DNA from: an uncultured Gaiellales bacterium
GTDB taxonomy: Bacteria; Actinomycetota; Thermoleophilia; RBG-16-64-13
Direction: 5' to 3'
Length of the DNA: 59,520 nucleotides
Assembly: GCA_964423425.1 (NCBI GenBank)
Contig: CAYRES010000004.1
Coordinates: 74,736-134,255 of the forward strand
Position 1 is the first letter of the stretch; each line of letters begins with the position of its first letter. A model generated the notes under the pieces. The model ran no database searches and was not told the origin of the DNA. It saw only the letters and a program-made list of their open reading frames with translations. The position numbers and the translations under genes were made by a program. This document shows, piece by piece, positions 8,212 through 16,964 of this stretch.

Positions 8212-10503
8212 CTAGGCTTCGGCGTCCTTGGTCTGGATGGCGGCCAGTACTCGCTCAGGCGTCATCGGTAGATCACGCAAGCGGATTCCCACTGCATCGT
8301 AGATCGCATTCGCGACTGCGGGTGCTTGTAGAAACATGCCTGACTCGCCAACGCTCTTGGCTCCAAAGGGACCGGTGGGATCACCGAGCTCAACCAGAAG
8401 CGCCTCGTTCTCGGGCATGTCCGCGCTCGACGGGATCTTATACTTGTCGAAGCCGTCAGTGACCATATACCCGTTGGTCTCGCTGATGATCGGGTCTTCC
8501 CACAGGGCGAAGCCAAGACCCTGGGCTGTGGATCCCTCGAGTTGTCCCTCGACCGTCATTGGATTGATGGCGCGACCGATATCGTGCACGGTTATCCACT
8601 TCAGTATCTCTACCACCCCGGTCTCGGTGTCAACCTCCACTTCGGCAAAGCCAGCCTGCCATGGGGGTGCAAAATCGTTGGGCTCCACGGTGGCGTGAGC
8701 CACAATCTGGTGGCAGTCTTTGTTGAACGTGTAGATGAGATCGAGCGCCGTCTCCTCAATGCTCATGCTCTTGTCCGGATTGGCGGTGCTGACAATCTGC
8801 CCGTCTCTAAGCTCGAGAGCCGCGAGGGGCTCCTCCATCTTCTCAGCTGCGCGCTGGAGAAACTCTTCCTTGGCCTTTGTTGCCGCCGACAGCACGGCCT
8901 TGCCGATGCAATAGGCACCCCGGGATGCGTGCGTGCCGATATCGAAACCGGTGACGTCGGTGTCTCCCGCAAGGACGTTGATCTTTTCATATGGAATTGT
9001 GAGCACCTCGGCAGCGACTTGAGCCAGGGCGCCCTCGATGCCTTGGCCGTTGCGTCCGGGTGAGACCACCAGCGTAGCCGAACCGTCCGCATTGAACTTC
9101 AGAGTGGCGTTGGAGTGTTCCATCAACATGGGTTGGGCTCCGCTCAACCACGCCATACAGGCGACGCCCACTCCGCGCCGCTTTGTCCCCGTTTGGGGTT
9201 TGTTCCACTTCTCCTTCCAGCCGATGCGTTCTGCGCCGACACGGAGGCATTCCTCCACGCCAACACTGGTGATCTGAGTGGAGGGGAACCACCCCAGACC
9301 TCCCACTCGGCGGTGGTACTTCAACCGCCACTCAACAGGATCTATCCCCAGCTTCGCGACCGCTTCGTCGACGATCGTCTCGCGGACGAATGACGACTGA
9401 GGTCCGCCGAAACCACGCATGGCTCCGCCGCCTATGTGGTTGGTATAAGTGGCGGATATCTTCTGGTCCATCGCCTCCCAATCGTACTCCGTGATGTTCG
9501 AGGCGAGTGATACGCCGCACCCGGAGGCGGTCTTGCACATATACGATCCCGCGTCCCCGATGAAATGGGCCTCCAACGCTTTGGGGGCACCGTCTGCTGC
9601 CAGCCCCACCTTCATGTAGACCTTGGCTATGTGCTCGCGGGTGACTCGGTTGTTGAAATCCTCATCACGCGTGTACCAGAGCTGCACCGGGGCGCCCGCC
9701 TTCATGGCGAGAGCGCAGCAGACGGGCTCGCCATGAAGATCTGTGCCGGCTCCGAATCCACAACCTGCGTAAGGTTGAATGAGTCTTACGTTCCCCTCAG
9801 GAAGATCCATCACATGGGCCAGCATACGCTTGGCCATGTGTGGCAGTTGAATCTGGCTCCACACGGTGAGCCGTCCATGCTGGTAGTCTGCGATGCAGCA
9901 TGCGTTCTCCATTCCGCACTGCACCTGTTTGGAGGTCGAGTACCACCCCTCCGCGGTGACTGCGGCTTCTGCGAAAGCGGCGGCTGCATCGCCGTAACAG
10001 AACACAGGAACACCGGGGACCGGAGTGTTGTCGGGGGCGAAGTCGTGGAGGGTGGGCGCCCCTTCTTTCGTGGCTTCGTCTATGGTGAAGGCTGCGGGGA
10101 GAGGTTCGTATTCCACCTCTATCAGGTCCAGGGCCCTGCGGGCGGTGGGCTCGTCTACAGCCGCCACCGCAGCCACCGGGTCTCCCACTTGGCGTACCTT
10201 GCTGTCGAACAGGTACATGTCGTTGATCTCACCGCCGGGAAGCTGGTAGGTCATGATGTTCCAGGTGAAGAGCTTGCGGGGCACGTCTTGTGAGCTGACC
10301 ACGGCCTTCACCCCCGGCAACGCTTCGGCCTTCGAGTAGTCAACCTTTGTCACGAGAGCGTGAGCATGGGGGCTGCGCAGCACTTTGCCGACCAGCATAC
10401 CTGGTAGACGCAGAGTGGAGCAGTAGTCGGCTCGGCCTATGGTCTTTTGATGAGACTCGGCGAGTGGCTTGCGTTGCCCTACGACGCTGAGCGGATCCAG
10501 CAT
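8212..10503 (-). CDS. Xanthine dehydrogenase-family molybdopterin-binding large subunit
   Basis: LRSPHAHA, GCGFG, AMRGFGGPQ, EVEVDTETG, HDIGRAINP..VEGQ..G and GPFGAKSVGE (catalytic Glu). Start ATG 10503 follows GGAGGTG. Confidence 0.93.
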   Translation of the reverse strand: MLDPLSVVGQRKPLAESHQKTIGRADYCSTLRLPGMLVGKVLRSPHAHALVTKVDYSKAEALPGVKAVVSSQDVPRKLFTWNIMTYQLPGGEINDMYLFDSKVRQVGDPVAAVAAVDEPTARRALDLIEVEYEPLPAAFTIDEATKEGAPTLHDFAPDNTPVPGVPVFCYGDAAAAFAEAAVTAEGWYSTSKQVQCGMENACCIADYQHGRLTVWSQIQLPHMAKRMLAHVMDLPEGNVRLIQPYAGCGFGAGTDLHGEPVCCALAMKAGAPVQLWYTRDEDFNNRVTREHIAKVYMKVGLAADGAPKALEAHFIGDAGSYMCKTASGCGVSLASNITEYDWEAMDQKISATYTNHIGGGAMRGFGGPQSSFVRETIVDEAVAKLGIDPVEWRLKYHRRVGGLGWFPSTQITSVGVEECLRVGAERIGWKEKWNKPQTGTKRRGVGVACMAWLSGAQPMLMEHSNATLKFNADGSATLVVSPGRNGQGIEGALAQVAAEVLTIPYEKINVLAGDTDVTGFDIGTHASRGAYCIGKAVLSAATKAKEEFLQRAAEKMEEPLAALELRDGQIVSTANPDKSMSIEETALDLIYTFNKDCHQIVAHATVEPNDFAPPWQAGFAEVEVDTETGVVEILKWITVHDIGRAINPMTVEGQLEGSTAQGLGFALWEDPIISETNGYMVTDGFDKYKIPSSADMPENEALLVELGDPTGPFGAKSVGESGMFLQAPAVANAIYDAVGIRLRDLPMTPERVLAAIQTKDAEA

Positions 10504-10504
10504 G

Positions 10505-10984
10505 TCACTCACCTCCATTGGACGCGGCCAGTACGGCCTCCACGATCTTCTTATAGCCGGTGCATCGACAGAGCGTCCCCGACAGTCCATTCTTCACGTC
10601 CTGCTCTGTCGGGGTCGGGTTGTGGTCGAGTAGTGCTTTGGCTGTCAGCAGCATGGCAGGGGTGCAGTATCCGCACTGTACGGCCCCCTTCTCAACAAAA
10701 GCTCTCTGCAACGGATGCAACTGGCTCCCCTTGGCCAGTCCCTGGACGGTGGTGATCTGGCGGTCACACGCTTCGATCGCCAACATCAAGCAGGAGAGAA
10801 TGGGCTCTCCGTCTACCAGTACGGTACAGATGCCGCAGTCCCCCCGGTCACAACTCCGGTGCACCCCGGAGACCCCCAGATCGTCACTCAGAACTTCGAA
10901 AAGCAGTGCGTTGGCGTCAACCAAGACATCTCTGCGCACTCCGTTGACGTAGAAAGTCGCTGGTGTCTGTTTCACAGTTCTCAC
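10505..10984 (-). CDS. Xanthine dehydrogenase-family [2Fe-2S] small subunit
   Basis: CDRGDCGICTVLVDG...SC and QCGYC...LCRCTGY cysteine motifs. Confidence 0.95.
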   Translation of the reverse strand: MRTVKQTPATFYVNGVRRDVLVDANALLFEVLSDDLGVSGVHRSCDRGDCGICTVLVDGEPILSCLMLAIEACDRQITTVQGLAKGSQLHPLQRAFVEKGAVQCGYCTPAMLLTAKALLDHNPTPTEQDVKNGLSGTLCRCTGYKKIVEAVLAASNGGE

Positions 10985-10989
10985 CCCCC

Positions 10990-11877
10990 CTAGATCCCAG
11001 CGATCTTGGTCGCCGTTGCTTCAAGAGTCCGACGAACAAGCACCTCGACCATGTGTCGGCGGTACTCGGAAGTGGACCTCATGTCGGTGATTGGCTTCAC
11101 TAGCGGGTCGGTAGCTGCGGCTGCAGCGGTCTCGCGTATGGTCGCGTCATCCAGGGTGCGTCCCACCAGGGATGCCTCTGCTTCTGCCGCTCGGATTATC
11201 ACCGGTGCTACGGCACCAATGGCAATCCGGGCCGACTGCACGACGCTCCGATCGACGACCAGGTTGACGGCCACTGTGAGCTTCGATATATCTGGCAGGG
11301 TCCGGGTGAGGTTGGTGTATGCCCCGACCGTTCCCGCCGGCTGGGCCGGTATCTCCAGTGCTTCCACGACGTCTGTCGGCCGCAGGCAGGTCTTCTTTGC
11401 GCCTGTACACAAGGATGCCACCGGAATCGCGCCGTTGCCGTTGGCACCAGCCAGCTTGAGCGTGGCGTCGAGGGCGATCAAAGCCGTGAGGATGTCGGAG
11501 GCCGGCGTGCCCACGCACACGTTGCCAATGATCGTCCCCATAGTCTTGACCTGCACGGAATGAATGTTGCTGAGAGCGTCATGAAGAAGCGGGCAGTCCT
11601 GTTGCACCACGGGGGAGAGTTCGGCATCGCGGATGGTTGTGAGTGGTCCCAGCTTGAGGCCTTGCACCCGGTCTCCGTCGATGTAGCGCAGGCCGGGGAT
11701 GCACTTGAGACTGACCACGGTCTCCGGAGGCTCCGTCATGCCGCGCTTCATAGCGTCGAGCAGCGAGATGCCGCCGGCCATGACGGCAGCGCGGTTCGAG
11801 GATACGAGCAGCCCGGCGGCCTCATCCATATCGGCGGGCTGAAAGAAGTCGAACTCAGGTAGCGCTCTGTAGAGCAT
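10990..11877 (-). CDS. Xanthine dehydrogenase-family FAD-binding medium subunit
   Basis: MAGGISL, MGTIIGNVC..PASD and PITDMRSTSEYRR. First gene of the M-S-L operon, with SD AGGAG. Confidence 0.92.
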   Translation of the reverse strand: MLYRALPEFDFFQPADMDEAAGLLVSSNRAAVMAGGISLLDAMKRGMTEPPETVVSLKCIPGLRYIDGDRVQGLKLGPLTTIRDAELSPVVQQDCPLLHDALSNIHSVQVKTMGTIIGNVCVGTPASDILTALIALDATLKLAGANGNGAIPVASLCTGAKKTCLRPTDVVEALEIPAQPAGTVGAYTNLTRTLPDISKLTVAVNLVVDRSVVQSARIAIGAVAPVIIRAAEAEASLVGRTLDDATIRETAAAAATDPLVKPITDMRSTSEYRRHMVEVLVRRTLEATATKIAGI

Positions 11878-12109
11878 TGATCACCACTCCTCTTGTTGGT
11901 CACGTCAACTCGATCGGTTTCGTCGAGGAGACAGGCGACGGGTGGACTGTGATCAGCTCCCCGGCAGCGACGACAGGCCTAGCCGCTACTCCCCCTGTTC
12001 GAATGCACGGCCCTGGTCCCAGATCACCCCCTTGCGTCACTCCGTGCTATCAAGTCGGTAGATGCATATCCCCACTTAGGGGTATAGAGCGTTGTATACG
12101 CTGGGTCAA

Positions 12110-12125
12110 TCACCCGAACGGGTGA
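12110..12125. promoter_or_regulatory. Palindromic operator TCACCC-N4-GGGTGA upstream of the Mo-hydroxylase operon
   Basis: TCACCCGAACGGGTGA, the same motif as at 15386-15401 and 16728-16743. Confidence 0.65.
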
Positions 12126-12193
12126 GCGGGCAACGCTGTGAAGAGACACTCAGGGCGGAATGGGGGCCACGTCGTGGCCCATCCCCATCTCTG

Positions 12194-14125
12194 CTACGCC
12201 AGACGGTCGGGTTCCCGAGTCCGCGCGGTGATCCGAGTGAGCTGTCCTGCCAGGACCTCCAGAGCTTCCCAACCGCTGGATACGGCTACCGAATGGGGAT
12301 GGTAGTTGACTGAGGCGCCAATCCCGATGCAAAGGAGCTCGATGCCGCATCGAGACAACCAGGGTGCAAGTGTTCCACGATAGTAGTCTGAGAGACTCTC
12401 TCCGCCTGCTCGATGTACCGCGGCTGCGTTCGGATGTCCGTCTGTAATCACGAGAATGAGTCTGCTTCGTTCCGCAACCGATTCGGCTCTCTGTTTGGCA
12501 AAGGCAATCGCTTCGATCTCGTGAGTACCGGAAGAGAGAAAACCGCCGTCACCACCGAAATATGGCTCGAGGCTGTCATGTCTATGATCGAACAGCAGTG
12601 TGATGGCCGATGAATACAGCGAGACATCCACGGGAATGCGCGATTCTACGAGCACTTCGGCGAAGGCATACGAGCATGCGAGGGCCTTCTGCACGTTGTC
12701 GTCCCGCAACATTGACGGTGAGACGTCGACCAGAAGATGAAAGTAGTAGGAAGGCCGATCCGACACGCGGGCGTGCTGAAAGAGGCGCAGGTCCTCTTGC
12801 GTTACGAAGCGGCGCGCGTTCCCTATTCCGATTCGATGGCCGGTACGGAAGCGACCCTTGAACCGGTGGCGGCAGTTCGCCTGGATGGCTCGCCGTAGGG
12901 CAACTCTGTGAGCCCCGAACCCGCTCAATGCCCACGGTCCGTACTTCTTCGCGACGTCGGTCCAAATCCCCTTTGCGCGGGGGTCCGGCGCCACGTGGCG
13001 GGCTTGAGCGACCCCGATCTCGTCCATGATAACCAGACCACGGCTCACATGAGGGTAGGTGATCGGTCGTCTCTCAGCCAGCCGTTCCTGCGCTGGTGTC
13101 AGCGCTCCCTGAACGTGCAGGCGCCTTTGGCCGTCCACTCGACCCGAGAGCCCCATCACCCGCCTGATGCCATCGCTTGGACTCTCTCTCTGTACTCTGT
13201 AGTCGCAATCTGACGCGCCACCGGCTGACTCGGCGCTGTCGCCACTGGTCTGCAGTTGCGGGGGCGCCTGCCCTGCATGTTCCTTCACCGCGCGCTTTTC
13301 TACTGTCTCGCCCTGGACATGCCGTGATAGCTGTTCCTGCTGCACAGCAGAGTGGTGTTCGGCGGCCGTCGGAGGATGCAAGAAGTGACTCAGGCGCGGG
13401 AGAAGCTCCCGCGCGCACCACATTCTCAGTTCCCGGCTACTGGAGGATGCAGCCAGCAGTGACGCCCTCAACTCATCTGCGGTGCTGATCACGTCCGGCG
13501 GAAGCTGCCCGTGCGCAACCATGTCTTCGCCTTCCCACAGCTGCAAAAAGAACATCGCGATGAGACGATCGAGGTGGTTGCCCCCGGGCGCCTCTGCAAC
13601 GCGTACAACTTGAAGGGCATGACCCCGCAGGTGACGCCGAGCTCCCCGAAAATCGCGTAACAGGTGGCGTTCAACCCGCGCGTCTTCCAAGGTATCCGTG
13701 ATCGTCTCCAGCAACTCTCGCTGATCCGCAGACTCCAAGATCTGCCCCGGCCACTCCTCATCGGTACCGGGTGTGAGCGGGCGGAAGGTGTCCGATCCGT
13801 ACAGGACATGACCGAGTTCGTGCAGAAAGCCGGCGAGGAACGCATCGACCTGGGGGCTTTCCCGGCACGGGTGAGTCGAATCGAGCAGGCGCATGGCCTT
13901 GTGAAGATCGAGACTGATACTCACTGAGGTACGACCCGAAGCAGGTTGTTCTCGCAGCACCGTCTGGGTGCCGGCGCCGAGACGCCAGTTCACGTTGACG
14001 TCGATACCGCTGACGGCGGTGCCGAAGATGGAGGCAGCCAACCCAAGATCTGCAAGACGCCGATCCAGCTCATCGGCCCGATACTCGGATACGACCGCGG
14101 CGGGGGAAGACACTGAAACCGACAC
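12194..14125 (-). CDS. vWA (MIDAS) domain protein, CobT/NorD/CbbO-like partner of a MoxR ATPase
   Basis: C-terminal LVDVSPSM (DxSxS), GT and VITDGHP. N-terminal HELGH...LEDARVE. Lies directly downstream of the AAA gene. Confidence 0.8.
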   Translation of the reverse strand: MSVSVSSPAAVVSEYRADELDRRLADLGLAASIFGTAVSGIDVNVNWRLGAGTQTVLREQPASGRTSVSISLDLHKAMRLLDSTHPCRESPQVDAFLAGFLHELGHVLYGSDTFRPLTPGTDEEWPGQILESADQRELLETITDTLEDARVERHLLRDFRGARRHLRGHALQVVRVAEAPGGNHLDRLIAMFFLQLWEGEDMVAHGQLPPDVISTADELRASLLAASSSSRELRMWCARELLPRLSHFLHPPTAAEHHSAVQQEQLSRHVQGETVEKRAVKEHAGQAPPQLQTSGDSAESAGGASDCDYRVQRESPSDGIRRVMGLSGRVDGQRRLHVQGALTPAQERLAERRPITYPHVSRGLVIMDEIGVAQARHVAPDPRAKGIWTDVAKKYGPWALSGFGAHRVALRRAIQANCRHRFKGRFRTGHRIGIGNARRFVTQEDLRLFQHARVSDRPSYYFHLLVDVSPSMLRDDNVQKALACSYAFAEVLVESRIPVDVSLYSSAITLLFDHRHDSLEPYFGGDGGFLSSGTHEIEAIAFAKQRAESVAERSRLILVITDGHPNAAAVHRAGGESLSDYYRGTLAPWLSRCGIELLCIGIGASVNYHPHSVAVSSGWEALEVLAGQLTRITARTREPDRLA

Positions 14126-14140
14126 GACCGCCTCGGACCC

Positions 14141-15250
14141 TCAGACCAGGCTGCTCGTGTCCCAATCGGTGATGTAGGCAAAGATCTGATCCCGGAACAC
14201 CGTCTTGGTGCGTCTGTCCAGCAGGTCGAAGAACGCCAGGCGCGCGCCTTCCACCGGACCTACATCGCGGGTGAACTGTGCCCAAGTCACCAAGAGACCG
14301 GTACTCATCACGAAGTCGAATGCTCGCGCCCGATCGTCCAGCATACGGCGCGCAATACGGGCCACCTCGAGCATCCCCTCAAGGGTTGTTGCGAGCCGGC
14401 CCTCTCCGAACTCGGGAAAGCGCTCCACCAGTATCATTCGCTCCACTCCCATATCCGGGAAGTCCACTCGCAACGATGCCCAGCGCCGCAGGTAGGCGGC
14501 CGAGAGATCTCTCGTGCCCGGGTAGAGGGACACGTATTCTGCCGGGTTGAACGTCGCGAAAAGGCGGCAGTGATCGTGCTGAGTGACAACCTCGTTGTCT
14601 TTCTCGACCAGCACCAGAGCGCGACTTCCATCCAAAAGTCCGTGCAAGGCAAACCATATCTCCGGCCCCGTGGCGTTCATCTCTTCCAGCAGCAAGAGCC
14701 CACCCCATCTCACAGCTGTTGTTACCAAACCGTCCTGAAAAGCTACCCGTCCTTGCCCCACGGGGAGCAGTTTGCCGACAATGTCGTCGGTGGTCGAGAG
14801 GCCATGAAGGTTCATTCTGTACAGAGGTGCTCCGAGCAGTGCAGCAAAGCAGCGCACCGCCTCGGTCTTTCCCAGCCCCGTATGTCCATGGAGCGCAAGC
14901 GGAGTATCGCGAAGGTATGAGAGCGCGCAGCGGTAGAGGAGGCCTTGGTGATCGTGGTACCCATGGGCATGAGGAACGAGATTCTCGCGTCCCGCTACCA
15001 TGTCGCCGGTCCAGCGCCGCAGCAGTACACCTCTTGCGCACTGGTCTCCGCGCTCGTCCGTGAGTAATGCCGCGAACAAGAGCCACCCATCAGCCAGGCT
15101 GTATGTGCGAAGAAGGGGTGACCGCACAGGTGTGGCACTCTTGCCGCCCGTGCGTGTGACGGCGGTGCTCAACAGTTCTTCCAGGCTTGACCCGGAGAGA
15201 GTCATCCCTTCAGCCACCGCAGGTTCGATGTGGCACTCGCCGGTCGGCAT
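14141..15250 (-). CDS. MoxR-family AAA+ ATPase (CbbQ/NirQ/NorQ-like)
   Basis: Walker A GHTGLGKT, FQDGLVTTAVR.G.LLLLEEMN, ATFNP and LSAAYLRRW. Start ATG 15250 follows GAGGAG. Confidence 0.85.
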   Translation of the reverse strand: MPTGECHIEPAVAEGMTLSGSSLEELLSTAVTRTGGKSATPVRSPLLRTYSLADGWLLFAALLTDERGDQCARGVLLRRWTGDMVAGRENLVPHAHGYHDHQGLLYRCALSYLRDTPLALHGHTGLGKTEAVRCFAALLGAPLYRMNLHGLSTTDDIVGKLLPVGQGRVAFQDGLVTTAVRWGGLLLLEEMNATGPEIWFALHGLLDGSRALVLVEKDNEVVTQHDHCRLFATFNPAEYVSLYPGTRDLSAAYLRRWASLRVDFPDMGVERMILVERFPEFGEGRLATTLEGMLEVARIARRMLDDRARAFDFVMSTGLLVTWAQFTRDVGPVEGARLAFFDLLDRRTKTVFRDQIFAYITDWDTSSLV

Positions 15251-15381
15251 AGCTCTCCTCCGTCGACCGCCTCGATGGCGGCCCGAGCCGTATGAGCGTA
15301 GTTGAATCAGCGTAACCAGCCCGCGAAAGGAGCGCAAGGCTACGATCCCTCCTTTGGGCATCAGGGGACCAATGTGGTAGA

Positions 15382-15405
15382 GATATCACCCATATGGGTG
15401 ATATC
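15382..15405. promoter_or_regulatory. 24-bp perfect palindrome (operator) in the divergent moxR/luxR promoter region
   Basis: GATATCACCCAT|ATGGGTGATATC is exactly self-complementary, with core TCACCC-ATAT-GGGTGA. Confidence 0.75.
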
Positions 15406-15471
15406 GGTCCTCTACTTTCTGATGGTATAGGATATGATGAGAACAGGTAATCACTGCTTCCGGGGGAGCAG

Positions 15472-16614
15472 ATGCTGGTCTGGTCTTGGAAATCGGGTAA
15501 CGGACCGCAGCAGCGCCTCGGCCCTGGCGCTTTGCAGACCCAGACGGCCCTTGATGCGGGGTCGGGTGCGGACCTTGCGTCCTTCTTGGCTCAGCTACAC
15601 AAGACACTCGACGTCGACGTTCTCCTTTCCACGTACATCTCCATCATCGGGGGATTTGTGCCGGCTCCGGCAGCCGCCATCTACCTCCTGGATCCCGGTA
15701 CCGGGCGGCCTACGAGACTTGCCGCACAGGGAGCGGACGAGCACCTCTTTCCTCGGTTTCTCTCCGCCTACGAAACCGGCGGGCGCGAGTGCGATCCTGT
15801 CTACTCCCGTGTCAGCAAACAGCTGAAGATCACCTCGAGCAGCATGCTGCCGAAACGGGAGCGTTGGGAGAACCACCCCTTCCACCGCGTGCTCTCGGTC
15901 GGTGCGCTGGAGCACATTCTCGAGGCGCCGATAGTGACGTCGGACAAGGGACTGGTGGGAACCCTCAACTTCGGACGCTCCGGGACAGAACCTCGCTTCA
16001 GCGACGATGACGTCACCCTGGTGGATCGCATTGCGGAGCATGTCTCGATCGCGATTAGCCACGCAGCCGAAGTCACTCGACTGCGCGAGCGCGACGGAGC
16101 GATGGATGGGGTGTTCCAGGCACTCGGTACGGCCGTGATGATTACCGACTCCGCGGGGGAGATACAGTTCCTCAACTTGTCCGCCCGCCACCTCTTTCAG
16201 GAATGCGAAACCAATCCTGCCCTGAAAACCATTGTCGCTGAGGGGCTGCGTCACAACCTCGAAGCTCTGACTGACCTATCTCGAGTGAGCCGATGCCTTC
16301 GCCTGCCTCCCCGCACTCTCAACCGTTCTCCGTATCTGACCATGAACTCGGTGGCTGTCGGCTCCGGCAGGGGGTTGGTTGCCACCTTCTGGTACCAGCC
16401 AGGTGAGAACCCAAGCTTTGAGTACCTTCATGATCTGCTCACCCCGCAAGAAATCAGGGTGCTGGAGATGCTGGCGCAGGGGCTTGAGAACAAGGAGATC
16501 GCGGAGTTCATGACCATCAGCGTCGACACGGTGAAGTCTCACCTCAAGCGCATCTTCGCCAAAATGCGTGTTGCCTCGCGCACTCAACTCCTGAGCCAAG
16601 TCTTCTGCCGGTAG
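15472..16614 (+). CDS. LuxR-family transcriptional regulator with GAF and PAS-like sensor domains
   Basis: C-terminal LTPQEIRVLEMLAQGLENKEIAEFMTISVDTVKSHLKRIFAKMRVASRTQL HTH. GAF-like APIV..LVGTLNF.R...FSDDD. PAS-like AVMITDSAGEIQFLN. Confidence 0.9.
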   Translation: MLVWSWKSGNGPQQRLGPGALQTQTALDAGSGADLASFLAQLHKTLDVDVLLSTYISIIGGFVPAPAAAIYLLDPGTGRPTRLAAQGADEHLFPRFLSAYETGGRECDPVYSRVSKQLKITSSSMLPKRERWENHPFHRVLSVGALEHILEAPIVTSDKGLVGTLNFGRSGTEPRFSDDDVTLVDRIAEHVSIAISHAAEVTRLRERDGAMDGVFQALGTAVMITDSAGEIQFLNLSARHLFQECETNPALKTIVAEGLRHNLEALTDLSRVSRCLRLPPRTLNRSPYLTMNSVAVGSGRGLVATFWYQPGENPSFEYLHDLLTPQEIRVLEMLAQGLENKEIAEFMTISVDTVKSHLKRIFAKMRVASRTQLLSQVFCR

Positions 16615-16727
16615 GATATCCCGTTCCAGCGCCGGTCCGTGCTGGGGAACCCGCTGTCGGGCCGATCTTGCTCGTGGGGTTGCGCCGAATCTCCTCTTGG
16701 CCTCCCCCGGCCGTGCTCTCACCGCTA

Positions 16728-16772
16728 TCACCCAAACGAGTAATCGACGAGGTCTACGCCCCTGCCTAGAAT
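16728..16772 (+). promoter_or_regulatory. Activator-dependent promoter: degenerate operator plus -10 TAGAAT
   Basis: TCACCCAAACGAGTAA (16728-16743) lies 23 nt before TAGAAT (16767-16772). There is no consensus -35. Confidence 0.55.
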
Positions 16773-16964
16773 CGGCCTAGGTAGGGACGAAGAGCTTGGT
16801 CGAGGGGAACCAGCCTCGATCCCACACGAGGGGGGAACGAGATGTCCGCTTTGTTTGACTCCTCCTGACCGCTCCAAACCGTAGCCTGCGGGGGCGGCCA
16901 CGTGGTGCCGTATCGGGCTCCATCAGCGACAAGTGAACCGCACTATGAACTCATGGGGGAACAC

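Noticed and set aside
8212-15250. Aerobic CO dehydrogenase cluster (coxMSL with coxDE)
   Set aside because: The large subunit has AMRGFG rather than the AYxCSFR loop that ligates Cu, and there is no coxF or coxG.
16615-16964. Cobalamin riboswitch upstream of the B12-mutase operon
   Set aside because: The conserved B12-box elements could not be identified by eye. An Infernal scan would be needed to exclude it fully.
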